Under the pieces are notes generated by a model. The model had not been told where the DNA came from. It saw only the letters and a list, made by a program, of their open reading frames with translations, and did not search any database. The position numbers and the translations under genes were made by a program. This document shows positions 14,044 through 28,089 of a DNA stretch of 64,000 nt, one piece after another. Each line of letters opens with the position of its first letter. The first letter of the stretch is position 1. The stretch spans positions 3,534,001 to 3,598,000 of the forward strand of contig NC_043015.1 of NCBI RefSeq assembly GCF_006345805.1, in the 5' to 3' direction. Origin of the DNA: Octopus sinensis. Its lineage: Eukaryota.

Positions 14044-14141
14044 CTTTTACTGATGAAGTGTGACCTATGGTAGACTAGCTTAATTAATTTAATTAAGCTG
14101 GTCTATCATTAAAGACACTGAAACGATGCATCGTATAAAAG
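14044..14141 (+). ncRNA. Type I hammerhead ribozyme, copy 2
   Basis: As copy 1 but with a perfect stem II AGTGT/ACACT. Inner hairpin ATGGTAGACTAGCTTAATT/AATTAAGCTGGTCTATCAT has two G-U pairs. Predicted cleavage after 14135. Confidence 0.85.
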
Positions 14142-14270
14142 ATGAATTAGGGTAAATGTTTTTAAATTTTCACCTTATTTCCGAATTACAACTACTTGGC
14201 GGTTGGAGTTATGGCTGCTCTTTCTGGTGGACGAATGGCCTGTTTAGGCCATTCCTAAATTGTTATTATA

Positions 14271-14301
<31 letters not shown>

Positions 14302-14304
14302 TTG

Positions 14305-14359
<55 letters not shown>

Positions 14360-14361
<2 letters not shown>

Positions 14362-14882
14362 AATATTAGGGAATAAATCCAAATTTACAGGAAAAAATCA
14401 TCAGATTTAGGATTAATCCAATTTTATAGTAAAATATTATAAAATATTATTAGAGACAAAACCACTATTTGCAAAACAAACAAGGAAAGACTTAATCAAT
14501 ACATAAAATTTTAATAAATAGTCAAAAAAACCGCCACTATTGTTTCTTGTCTTGATCGACAATCTTCAGGTGGACTTCCAATCTAAAATATCAATATTTT
14601 AAAATATAAAAATAATAATTTTAAAATAATTAAAGTATGAATGAAAAAATATAAATATATAATCCATATATAACCTATATATAATCCATATATAATCAAT
14701 ATATAAACAATATATAAACTAAAATAAACCTATCAACAATTAATATAAAATTAAAAATAAAAATATAAAATATAAAATATAAAACAAACAAAAAAATAAT
14801 AATAATATAATAATAAACTATATATACACCCATACACATATACCCTAATTATATATAACCATATCTAACTACATACACTAAA
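14360..14882 (-). mobile_element. PLE-like terminal segment with a minimal hammerhead; inverted copy at 17611-17950
   Basis: 14540-14882 is the reverse complement of 17611-17947. It contains the HHR-like motif at 14534-14573. Confidence 0.55.
14534..14573 (-). ncRNA. Minimal type I hammerhead-like motif
   Basis: CCAC-CTGAAGA-TTGTC gatcaa GACAA-GAAA-caa-TA-GTGG: 4-bp stem I, 5-bp stem II, essentially no stem III. The copy at 17914-17952 (+) reads GAAC instead of GAAA. Confidence 0.55.
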
Positions 14883-15035
14883 TCACACACCTATATATAT
14901 ATCCCTACATACACATAAAACGTCTAACACATAACTAAATAAATAAAAAAGACTAAATACTTCAACACAATACTTATTCATACTCCCACACACACACACA
15001 TACAACCACATCACGGTCTAGAAAACGGACATCAC

Positions 15036-16660
15036 TTAAAATTATGAACGGAGAAATGGAATAAAGGAATTAAAAATTATATTCACTTGGTAAAACGAAC
15101 ACTACTTAAAAATTATGAATGAACAATGCAATAAAACAACAGACATCGCAAATAGAAACAAATTACTACGAATTCCTTAACAAACCTACCATGATAAACC
15201 AAAACTCATAAAAACATATAATGATAAATCTCCCCTTTACTAAACTCTATAACATACCTATATAGCAATCCCCCCTAACCTAAACATTACACACAAATAC
15301 ACACACGTAAACCACACACCCACGACATATACAAATACCCACACCACTTACACATACCTATACATACATATAAACCTCAACATATACTCCAAAAACCCAC
15401 TCAACCCCACACAGACAAAAAAACATAAAAATTATGAATGGATTATTTTTTAAAACTACCATGATAAGCTAAAACTCACAAAACATAAATGATAAAACTT
15501 CCCTTTACTAAACACTCTAACATACTTATATAGCAATCCCTTTAACCTATACATTCACCACAAATACACACACGTAAACACACACCCATAACAAATACAA
15601 ACACCCCACCCCACTCACACACACCCACAAGTACATATACGCCTCAACATATACACCAACAAAATTACTTTACCAAGGAACTTAACATATGTATAAAAAG
15701 TATAACCGCTCTGGAAACGAACATCTTTTAAAATAATGAAGGAGAAATGGAATAAATGGAAATAAAAATAATATTCACGTGGCAAAACGAACACCACTCA
15801 AAAATTATGAATGAAACAATGTAATAAAAAAACCAACATCGAAAATAGACAAATTACCACGAATTCCCTAAAAAAAAACCATGATAAACCAAAACTCTTA
15901 AAAACATATAACGATAAAATCTCCCTTGCTAAACTCTATAACAAACATATATAGCAATCCCCCAACCTAAACATTCACATACAAAAAACACACACCGTAA
16001 ACCACAGACCCACGACTTATACACATACCTATACTAACTTATAAACTCAATATACACCAAAAACCCACTCCCTCCCCCACAGGACACAAATTAATACATA
16101 CATCCCAAAACCTAAATATCAAACCCATATACACATTCACACACAAACACACACACACGCAAAACACACACACAACAGATACATATACATATACTCCCTC
16201 ACATATACGCATATACATACTCACTAAACTCGATATATACAACAATATTTACACACCCACACTCATACAGATAAATAAATTATACAACTAAAAACTCACA
16301 TACAATCTCATATACATAAACACTCCAATAAAAAACAACATTAAATACATCGTAATTAACCAGAATATCAAAAATAACAATATGACATAAGGAGAAATAA
16401 AATACATACTTACAAGTCAGTTTCAAATTATGAAGTGAAATTAAATTCTTAGCCGTCAAAAAAATCAAACCAAAATTACGTTACCATAGAAATATAACTT
16501 ATGTAAAAAAAGAATACGCGCCATGGAAAGTAAACGTCATTTAAAATTATGAATGGAGAATAACGAATAAATGGAACTAAAAACTATATCCACGTGGCAA
16601 ACCAACACTACTAAAAAAATTTATTATGAATGGATTCTTTAATAAAACTACCATAATAAA
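15036..16660. repeat. Degenerate 300-400 bp tandem units, G-poor and indel-rich
   Basis: AAAATTATGAA.GGAGAAATGGAATAAA..TATATAGCAATCCC units start near 15036, 15427 (partial), 15727 and 16540 (partial). Confidence 0.6.
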
Positions 16661-18090
16661 TTATTATATACAATTATGAGCTTTAGCTCATCTTAGCAGC
16701 TATACAAACAACTTGCAGTAACCCAAATCTATTCTCGATGCCTGCCTTACTACTACACTATTCCATTCCCAATTCCAAGCAACGCTAGCCCACCACCCGC
16801 TTACAATTCCCAACTCCACCACCCATTCATTCACAATTTCAACGACGTTCACCTCCACAGCGCTACATATAAGCCTCACATATACACCGGAGATTCACTT
16901 TCACATCCGTGCGGATGGGTGAGATTATACATTGAGTGTTAGTGATGGGGCTCCCATTACAATACAATTTTGTACCTGTGTGGTATTCTCCATGTGTATA
17001 TTCACGCAACGGGTATAAATGCAGGGGGTACACGCGCACGGCATGTACGTGTACCCCTCACATGTACATTGCATGCTAGTTGGGATCGATATGTGCAACA
17101 TGTAATCGCGCCCGCATACATGCATATGGGCGAGTTGCACAATCAAAATCGCACACGTGTGTGTGTGCGTTCCTGGTTGTGCAATTCAACCATCTGGGTT
17201 GAGTGGGTGTAAGCGTATTGCTGTGGATGTTGAGCTTGATACGTATGTATATGAGTGTGTATTGGGGGGTTGTACGTATTTATTGTGTGCATGTGCTTCA
17301 CGCACGTGCGTCCATGTATGGATGAATATATTGGATTGCTATGTGGGTGTAAATTGGGTATGGAGGGGGGAGTTTTGTCATTGTATGGGTGTAGGTTTCA
17401 TTTGTGATGGTGGTTGTTGGTGATTTTTAATATGTTCTGTATATTTGGGTTAGTTATGTATTATTCTAGTGTGTATAATTGTATACATATGATTGGTGTG
17501 AGTGGGATTACGCCCATTTTTGGGGATGTATGTGTTTATTCGTCCGTATGGGGCGGGAGTGGCCGTTTGGTGTATATGTTGAGGCTCACATGCAATTCCA
17601 TGCAATATAATTTAGTGTATGTAGTTAGATATGGTTATATATAATTAGGTATATGTGTATGGGTGTATATATAGTTTATTATTATATTAGTATTATTTTT
17701 TTGTTTTGTTTTATATTTTATATTTTATATTTTATATTTTATATTTAATTGTTGATAGGTTTATTTTAGTTTATATATTGTTTATATATTGATTATATAT
17801 GGATTATATATAGGTTATATATGGATTATATATATTTATTTTTCATTCATACTTTAATTATTTTAAAATCATTATTTTTATATTTTAAAATATTGATATT
17901 TTAGATTGGAAGTCCACCTGAAGATTGTCGATCAAGACAAGAACCAATGTGGAAAAAAGAGTACTCAAATACCAGTGGTAGAGTAATATGCTTTAGTTAA
18001 AGCAGCAGAAAAATTCAATAAAACCTGTTTTCTGAGTTTCCCGTTGTTGATTTTCTGCTGCTCTAAATAAAGTAATATATATTATATATA

Positions 18091-18127
<37 letters not shown>

Positions 18128-18490
18128 GTGAAATCTATCGGCTACGATGGCAGGGGTTCTAATTGATCCCATTAATCCCACTGGGAACAGTCTGCTCATG
18201 AAATTCCTTGCAAGTAATTCAGATGTCCAGAGACACGCGTACAACCAAATTGAAAGTGACAGAGAAAGTGACAAACCCAGCCCTTTCAATTACAAAAAAC
18301 AGCTGAAATCACGGGAGCAACTTCGAATAAAGTGCCTCCTACATAGACATAATGTGCTGTGGGGAATCAACAAACGAAATGACTGCCCTGATTCCATTAC
18401 CTTAAACACTAAACTACGGGCATTTTTATATATTAGCACACAGAACATCGCTGAATATGCAGAAATATGTACAACTATATATATATATAT

Positions 18491-20383
18491 AAGATTGAAG
18501 AGGCCTGGGCCATTGAGAATATCAAACTTAATCCCAAAGTGTTCTTCTCGTTTGCAAAAAAACACAAAGTTACTGGCTCTACTGTTGGCCCTCTGTTTGA
18601 TGAAAATGGTACTCTTCAGGACAATGCCAAAACCATGGGAGAGATGTTACAGAAACAATACTGCTCTGTTTTCAGCAATCCTGATATAGTTTATCTGGGC
18701 TGAATCAGTGATGTTACTCCCCAATACACTTTATTGGACATAAACTTTGGCGCTCCTGATGTCTTAGCAGGAAGAAAGGAAATGAAGCTTAATTCAGCAG
18801 TAGGTCCCGATAGGTTCCCTGCTTGTGTCTTGCAGATATGTCAACACCAACTTGCACCACCTCTAGCTAATCTCTAGCGGAACTCACTGGATGCTGGATA
18901 TATAGCATAAAACCTTCTATCCCAGTCTGTTGTCCCAGTTTTCAAAAAAGGAAACAAATCCCTTTGCGTGAGCTTCCGTCCAATTTCACTCACCTCTCAT
19001 ATCATTAAGGTATTTGAGAGAGTGGTGAGATCGCGTATGACTCACTTCCTTGAGAGTCATAATATGCTGAACTCCAACCAGCATGGATTCCGTAATGGAA
19101 GGGATTACCTGACGCAGCTACTGCATCACTGCGATGACATTTTGAGAGCCTTGGGATAGGGTTCCAACACTAATGTTATCTACCTTGATTTCAGCAAGGC
19201 CTTTGACAGGGTTGATCATAAGATCCTTTTCAGAAAGCTGTCCAACAATTGGTGTCACTGGAAAGCTGCTACATGTTTTAGTTGAAGGAGTCAAATCCAG
19301 GCCAGCCAATGTCAGTAGCGGTGTCCCAGAAGGCACTGTGTTGGGCCCACTTCTCTTCATCATCTATATTAATGACATCACTGACATCATCAAACACAGT
19401 AACATCAGAATTGTCGCTGATGATTCCAAGCTCCAGAAGGTCATCAATGGCGTGGATGACCGGATAAACTTTCAGTCAGACCTATTGGCTGTTGTCCAAT
19501 GGGCGGAAAAGAACAACATGTTGCGAAACGAAGGCAAATTCGAATTGATCTACTTTGGACGAGAGGACGCTCTGAAACTCCCATACTCCCTTCCTTGTGG
19601 TGAAATTCTCATGGCGTCTAACAACATCAGAGACTTGGGAGTAACTGTGGAGAACAACATAAGCTGGGCTACATATATAAGCAGAAAAGTTGACATGGCC
19701 CGCAGAATGTGTTCCTGGATTCTCAGAACCTTCCTGTCGAAAGATTCCCACACCATTATCCTTCTCGTCTCCAGTTTTGCCCGACCTCACCTTGAATACT
19801 GCTGTCCACTGTGGGCTCCCTACACGAAACGAAATATTATGAATGTTGAATCTCCCCAAAGGTCAATCACGAAAAAGATAGATGGCATGTCAGACCTCGA
19901 CTACTGGGGTCGACTGGAAAAGCGGAAACTGTATTCACGCCAACGACGCCGTGAACGCTACGTTATCTGTATGATGTGGAAAATATTCCATCAGCACTGT
20001 CCAAATGATGTTGATATAACCTTCAAAATACATCCAAGACTTGACCCCGTGCCACCCGTCCAAAACAAAAATCAAAATCGGATTTCATAACAACAATACG
20101 GCACAATTATTTCACCACAATTGGACCCGCACTCTTCAACATTACACCAGGACACGTCAACACAGAAACTTACCACACAATATTCAAGAAGTCTTTGGAC
20201 AAATTCTTTGAAAGAGTCCCGGACAAACCACCCACACCCGGATATATCTCCGCAAATAACTATCTGCGCGAATGGTCCTTGGTGCCCAAATCCTGAATTG
20301 AAAGACTTCGCCAGGTGGTGCTATTAAGTTAGACATGACCTGGGCCAATACTCGCCAAAACCTTTCTAAGTTATTCTAAGTTA
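18491..20383 (+). mobile_element. 5'-truncated, decayed CR1-like LINE (RT) with (TTCTAAG)n-like tail
   Basis: IENIKLNPKVFFSFAKK, FRPISLTSHIIKVFERVVR, NQHGFRNGR, GVPEGTVLGPLLFIIYINDI, ADDSKL, RPHLEYCCPLWAP; several stops and frameshifts. Confidence 0.9.
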
Positions 20384-20394
20384 TATATATATAT

Positions 20395-20432
<38 letters not shown>

Positions 20433-20459
20433 TATATATATATATATATATATATATAA

Positions 20460-20523
<64 letters not shown>

Positions 20524-21860
20524 AGTGTGTGTGTGTATAAAACTTACAGTTACGTAACTTTAGTTCTCTCACTTGTACGTAACAATATTGTACATACATG
20601 AAGGTTAGTTTTAACTCTATTAGATTATATAGATATTTTAACTTATGGACTTGAAACTGTTATGAGTGAGAAACACGCGAAGAATATTTGATATATGCAA
20701 TTAAGTGATCAATTCCATATACAAATGTCTATATCTCACATCCATGAACAATTCAATTTTCACGAAAGTGCCAATAACAAAGATACAGCAACATAATTAA
20801 TGCTATTTCCTACAGCCAGATAAAACGCAGTTCTTAGGATGAATTTAATCTAATTCGGAAACGGAATATATTCTTTTTTTTTTTTTCCCTTCAGTAAAAT
20901 TTTATGTCAGGCAAATATTTTTAAGATTTTGTATGTAGGTGTGTATGTATGTATATGTGTATACATACCTACATATGTATGCATGCATGCCTGTATACAT
21001 GTATGCCATATATGCATGGAGCAATGCTTGAGCATTGCGTTGTGTATGTATATATATATATAATATATATATTATATATATATATATATAATAAGCATAT
21101 ATACAATATATCCAAATAGATGTTTTACAAAGCCATTTCTATAGTTCTGCAATTTCAATAGTCGCAAAGCCTGGAGTTTTATGTCATAATACTATAATAT
21201 GTGTATTTGTGTGTGACTGTGTGCGCACCGGCGTATGTTCCGTGTGTTTTCCAATACTGAGTTGCCATTTGTTTTTACGTATGGGGTATGAAATCATTCA
21301 AGTATTATTTTAGTTACCAAAAAAATAAAAAAATATATATAACAACATTTTCGTCTCCATATTTGTTTTCCAAACATTTAACATTATAATCCTTCTAGAA
21401 GTCAACTGACTTTTACCACATTTAGTTACCACCAACATCACCTAGACAACGACACACTTTCTATATGAGCCTGTATATGTCTGGGCGTGAGAGTGTATAT
21501 TTGCACGATCGTTACGTAAGCTGGGTCATTGACGGAGAAGTGTATGTATGTGAGTGTTTGTGAGGGCGTAAGTCTGTCATTATACATATATGTTTATTAT
21601 GACTTACACCCACACACACACACATACACACACATATACACACATACAAATCTACACATACATATACATATATGAAATAGTATGTATGTGTATCTGAGTG
21701 TTTAAGTGCGCGTTTTGCATGATAGTTACGTACGTTATGCCGATGACTGAAAATAATGTGTGAGACTGTATGAGTCTGTCAGTAAACATACATTTTTGTA
21801 ACGACGCGCACACACATTCACATATACGCATGTACAGAAAGATATATATATATATATATA

Positions 21861-22556
21861 TTTAAAAATTGAGGGAGATAAATTAATATTAATTTTAATA
21901 TCAATTTAAAACAAGTAGTCCAGCATTCAAAAAATCTGAGGAGTCAGAGAAAATTCAAATATATGTGTATATTGGCAGGGCTGGCCTGCTAGGTAGCCGG
22001 CCAGAATGCTAGAAGAAGATCATCAACGATCAAACTGACTCCTCAGATTTTTTGAATGCTGGACTACTGGTTTTAAATTGATATTAAAATTAATATTAAT
22101 TTATCTCCCTCAATTTTTAAATATTTAAATAAATACGTTCCCTAGTTGTAAGCACTATCCGCAGTGAATTATTCACTGCAGTCCTTCGCTTCAGGAGTCT
22201 CTCAGCGCGCCAGAACCAAGACATTTGAAATTTTATTCCCGATGTAATCAGTAAGACTAAGCACGTGTCTGTCTTGACACAGAGAGCTGGGGTTAGTCTT
22301 GCGGTTTGCATCACGAGGACCGAATGTACTGAAGAGATCACGGACACTTGAATTATGCAAGTAATTCTTTTGTTAAGACCGAAACCGAGGTATGCATTTA
22401 AGTCTGTTATTTATTTAATTTTTCATATGTCCTGCCCGCCAAGTTGGTTCTGGTGTTCGCTGAATTCTTCCTCTAGAGAATTTCCCTTGTAGTTTGATCG
22501 TTGATGATCTTCCTCTAGCATTCTGGCCGGCTACCTAACAGGCCAGCCCTGCCAAT

Positions 22557-22565
<9 letters not shown>
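21861..22565 (+). mobile_element. Non-coding hammerhead-bearing ~540-bp monomer (22035-22565) preceded by an inverted arm (21861-22036); retrozyme-like
   Basis: 21861-21946 is inverted to 22035-22120 and 21960-22036 is inverted to ~22490-22565. Homologous to 26335-27072; TA tracts on both sides. Confidence 0.75.
22324..22397 (+). ncRNA. Type I hammerhead ribozyme with a GNRA-capped hairpin in loop 2
   Basis: ATGTA-CTGAAGA-GATC..GAATTAT GCAA GTAATTC..GACC-GAAA-CCGAGG-TA-TGCAT; GUA triplet. Confidence 0.75.
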
Positions 22566-22629
<64 letters not shown>

Positions 22630-24774
22630 CACAGAGAGGGACAGGGATAGACCGAGATGTGCGTGAATGTATGTCAGTGTGTGTGTCTGTCTTAATATAT
22701 GCATGTTATCGTATGTCACAATGTATGTTTGTGCGAGCGTATATGTGAAAATATTTATACTTTAGGCTACAGACAATAAATCACACCCACAGGTTGACAT
22801 ACATATACAAATATAGTGCGATATGGCAAATCTATTTTATCGCCGTGCTGTAACTGAAAAGCGCATGGGCACACGCATGGGCAGGCGCCAGCCAGACAGT
22901 GTGGGTGGCGCAGTAATACGTGCAAAATCCTCCGGCAAACGGCAAATCGCGCTGATTTTGAATTAGTTTTGTTTATTTGCAGCCTGGACGTCGAGCGAAA
23001 GAATCTCAAAAGTGCAACAAAATTTGCTATGGCAACAGTTCTCCAATAAAATTGCCTCATTGTTTGGGATGAGGGCACTGCCACACAATTGTGCTTGAGC
23101 ATATCTTCTAAGACAGAAAAACAATAGCACACTCAGGAGATGAGTAGTAGTTCTTCTTGCTGACTTTCCTCAAATGCCAGTTATCTCCAAAGGATCAAAA
23201 GCTGTTGAAGCCTGTGAATACTTAAAAATTCGTATCTTTGGTGACATGTGAAAAATCTTCATTATACAAGCAACATGAGAGTTCTTCTACACGGTGCTCA
23301 TACGAGTTTCTTAAGATTGGTAATGTAATATTAACATTCATCTCAAGACTCCACCTACATCAGTTTACATACCGTCGAAATATAATTTCTCTCAGAGATC
23401 TTATCGATACAGTATTTCCCAAATTTATCTGTCAATTACACTGACTTAAACTGGTTATATAAAAGAGCTATACTAGTTCTAGCTAATGAACTATTTGGTG
23501 AACACTATCATGAACTTCAAAATGTAACAGGTTCATAAATCAGAAACGACTTTTCGGTTAATTAACAAAAGTCGGTCAAGGTTGTCCAATACTCTGTAGA
23601 ATATCTGAACATGTAAACCCGCCGGGATGCCGCCAAATAAATTGACACTATAACTGGGTGTTTGAAATCTGTTGCTTAGGAATCGTCACCCATCTTACAA
23701 AATTTATATATATTACTAACGAGTCTTAAACTCCATAAACGTGACAAATGAAGGCCTTGGGATGTTCACTTGAGTGTATTCGATTAATTATAATCGAGGT
23801 GGGATGCGTAAATACGGATGCATGGCAAAAACTGCTACATGAAACGTAGTGGAATAATTTGTGAGAACGGGTTACGTAATATTATGTTATCCAATGTATC
23901 ATAATAATTTACATATAATATCGCCCTTCGTAAGCAGTAATAACAGACGAATTTTTTTCGCACATTACATTATTGTATTTTAATTTATAGTTTATATTAA
24001 TTACCTCAGATGTTTCGAATATGCTTCAGATGTTTCGAAAATAACTTGCAAATTTTCCTGGAAAATCGTACTTATTGCTGTAGTGAAAGTTCTATTGATT
24101 TTGATGCCGTTGATATTACCGCTATCATAATGTGTTGAAATATGTTTTTAATGTAGTTATTCATAAAGTCTATATACATTTTCTAGTTGGCAAAATTATA
24201 TTTATAATGGTTCGTTGTTATTTAACAGTTATTCACATGGCATATAATGGTAGAACGGTGACGGGGGACATGCATGGGCATTACAAGCTTAGCCATTAAA
24301 AGTTTAGTATTTTTAGCAGGTTCTACGATATATTTACGCATTTAATCCAATCTACTCTGAAATACTTCCCAGAATTTTTGAAACGCACGTCTCTCTTCTA
24401 AGTATATTTTGGAAAATTTCTTCGGAAATAAATCGAGATTTATAATCAGATTCAGTTATTTAAACAAGAGTTAATAGCCTAGGGAAACAATGAGAGTCAA
24501 TACAGGGGAAGTTCCATGATTGATATGAAACTTCCTTGTGTAGATGCATATGTCAATCTCACTGTAGCTAATTTGTAGAGCCTGAATGAAATATGAAACC
24601 TTCACCTTAAACATAATAAATATTCCACAATCATTCATCATTCTGTAACGGGATTCAAGTTTTGTTTTCAGATGTTATAGCATGTGTGAGTATGTAAATA
24701 TACAACTAATAAGACACAATACAAATGCATACACACTCCCACACACCAACCAACAATAACATACGTATATATGC

Positions 24775-24820
<46 letters not shown>

Positions 24821-24933
24821 ATACATATGTATATATACATATATTTATACATATATATATACTTACATAATATTACATATTTTTATATCTGTATATACAT
24901 ATATGAACATCTATGTATCTATTTATGTATGTA

Positions 24934-24979
<46 letters not shown>

Positions 24980-25003
24980 TATATATAATATATATATATA
25001 TAC

Positions 25004-25271
<268 letters not shown>

Positions 25272-25290
25272 TAAAATATATATACCTATA

Positions 25291-25326
<36 letters not shown>

Positions 25327-25409
25327 TGTATGTATGTATGTATGTATGTATGTACGTATGTATATGTATGTATTGTATATGTATATATTATATGTATGTA
25401 TGTATGTAA

Positions 25410-25462
<53 letters not shown>

Positions 25463-26064
25463 TATGTATATATATATGTATGCTTAAGTTTTTGTGTCTA
25501 TATGTGCAAATAGTGCTGTACGTCCGAAACTTTCTATAAACATATGTATGTTTTACAGCACAATGAAATGAATGATTACTTCATTCGATGTTATGTAATC
25601 TGAGATAAAGTATATGGTAACTTTTTACTATTTAAAAATACATGGATTTGAAAATGCTTCGAAATAGTTAGAGAAAAAGTGTCTTTCAAAAAGAATCTCA
25701 CACAATATCAGAAGCACACAAGACAAATCAATGAATATAGAAGCTCACTCACGCACATACTTTCATACTTCGATAGGCTTCGGCCGCTATTAGCCCACGT
25801 CATACCTCACTTGATAGAAGCACCTGGCAGAGACATTAAAATCAGGAATCGCACAACATGGCCCACTCGAGTAGAGAGTTAATGCTTTCGGAGACATATC
25901 CTGATGTAGGAGATTTATCAGGATTTCCCGAAAAAATTCTGCACATACCTCCCGAACGCTATTGGGGCCTGTCTCTACTTTGCAATATATATACACTTAT
26001 CCATGTATGTATGTATGCATGTATGTATATATATATTATATATATAATATATATATATATATAT

Positions 26065-26113
<49 letters not shown>

Positions 26114-26334
26114 AGCGTACTTTTTTACTTGAACGAAGAATAAAACTCTCGAAAACCACGTATCTTTCACTATATGTAAAAACACACGGTGGAAACGTGT
26201 TTCTAAATGTATTTCATACTTTCTCCCTGTGTATTTACATATATATATATGTATATATATATATCTATAAATATATAATATATATATATATAGTATATAT
26301 ATATATATATATATATATTATCATTATATAATAA

Positions 26335-27072
26335 GAGGGAGATAAATTAATATTAATTTTATTATCAATTTAAAACCAGTAGTCCAGCATACAAAAATCT
26401 GAGGAGTAAGAGAAAATTCTAATGTATGTGTATATTGGCAGGGCTTACTGCTAGGGAGTCGGCCGTATGCTAGAAATAGACCATCAACGGTCAAACTACA
26501 AGGAAATTATCTAGAGGAAAAATACAGCGAACACCAGAACCAACTTTGGCGGGCATGACAGATGAAAATTTATATAAAAAACAGAATTAAATGCATACCT
26601 CGGTTTCAGCCTTAACAAGAGAATTACTTACGCAATCCAAATGTCCGTGCTTCTTCAGTGCATCCGTTCATTGTAATGTAAACGGGAAACCAACCCTAGC
26701 TTTCGTGCCAGTACAGACACCTGTGTAGCTTTACCGATTACACTAGTGATAAAATTTCAAATGTCTTGGTTCTGGCGCGCTAATAAATTTCTGAGGCGAA
26801 GGGCTGCAGTAAATAATTCACTGCGGTTCGTGCTTAGTACTAGAGAACGTATTTATTTCAATATTTAAATAATGAGGGAGATAAATTAATATTAATTTTA
26901 ATATCAATTTAAAACCAGTATTTCAGCATACAAAAATCTGAGGAGTCAGAGAAAATTCTAATATATGTGTATATTGGCAGGGCTTACTGCTAGGGAGTCG
27001 GCCGTATGCTAGAAATAGACCATCAACGGTCAAACTACAAGGAAATTCTCTAGAGGAAAAATACAGCGAACA
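26335..27072 (-). mobile_element. Hammerhead-bearing 539-bp monomer, ~1.35 tandem copies; same family as 21861-22565
   Basis: GAGGGAGATAAATTAATATT at 26335 and 26874 (period 539). No ORF; TA tracts on both sides. Confidence 0.78.
26591..26663 (-). ncRNA. Type I hammerhead ribozyme with a GNRA-capped hairpin in loop 2
   Basis: Minus strand: ATGCA-CTGAAGA-AGC..GGATTGC GTAA GTAATTC..GCT-GAAA-CCGAGG-TA-TGCAT; perfect 5-bp stem I; GUA triplet. Confidence 0.8.
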
Positions 27073-28089
27073 TATATATATATATATATATATAGGGAGA
27101 GAGAGACATTTGTGATGTTGGATAATTTTATTATTATTAAAAGCAAACAGGTGATGCAGATAGTGATACCTCCGTGCTGCTGTATTTGAATTGACGATAT
27201 TTCTGATATGGCCCTCAAGCATTTCCATTGTGTGTTCGATTCCCCCACAAATTTACTTGACATAATTTTATACATTTTTCATATCATTTCACTCTTCGTC
27301 TTTACATTTACATAATTCTTCGTCACATCGCTGACGCGGTATATCTGAGGAGGCCGAGGAAAGGAGTTACATGTGCACTTGTGCGTTTCTTGTTTCACTC
27401 TCTTCTTCTTTGCTTTGTAGTAATATGCAGCTCTTTGCATCACTGTTTTTTTTTATGTCGCGTCATTTTTATTTTACTCATATTTTTCCTATTGATTTCA
27501 AAGTTGATGTTGAGGTCACTGTTGTTCTGCTTCGATTTTGTGGACGAGGCAGCAATCAGGGTTCGTACGCTAACAAAATGTTTGTTGGTGCTTTTGGTGA
27601 TGTTTGTGCTGTACTTGCTTTTCTTGTTGTCGCCCATTATATGTTGCAGATATTGGAAAACATTTTTTGCGGCTTCTGCTTTGTGTTTTTGTTTTCAGTT
27701 GATGCCCTTGCGGCGATTTACATTGATTCCTAGTGGGGTAATCACTCATCTCAGTAATGCCTCCCAGCATAACTTCTTGGTTATCTTTTAAAATCAGTGA
27801 CTAAGTTACTTTTTTTTTTTATTTTCACTTGTGGAAGTCCCTTTGTTTTTGTTTTTTGGGTGTTTGCTACGGCTTCACTCGTGTCATGTTTTTACTTTTT
27901 ATTTTCGTGTAGGCATCTCTGTTGCTTATAAATATAATTTTTGTTGATTATAAATATTAACATGTTTACATGGATGCGTGTGTAGTTGCATTTAATGGTA
28001 AGTATTCAAAACTGCTCGCGGATGCTGCATTGAGATATCATGGATTTAAGAAAGAAAATACACTTTATACGGCAAAAAACGTACCGGGA

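Larger units (their letters stand above)
13251..14266 (+). mobile_element. Non-coding hammerhead-bearing repeat: inverted arm (13251-13497) + ~469-bp monomer (13494-13962) + partial second monomer (13963-14266); retrozyme-like
   Basis: CGTTGGTCTTGAAAATTTTAAG occurs at 13494 and 13963. 13251-13497 is the reverse complement of ~13655-13894. No ORF; TA tracts on both sides. Confidence 0.75.

Noticed and set aside
18147-18689. 180-aa ORF as a host gene
   Set aside because: It spans an apparent decayed SINE-like segment, a TA tract and an off-frame part of the LINE starting at 18491.
22840-23130. CpG-rich patch with an acceptor-like TTTATTTGCAG as a promoter or exon
   Set aside because: No recognisable protein similarity or donor site; cannot be supported without transcript data.
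25896-25945. CTGATGTA-GGAGAT..ATTTCC-C-GAAA hammerhead-like motif
   Set aside because: Altered core and no stem I or III pairing; could be chance.
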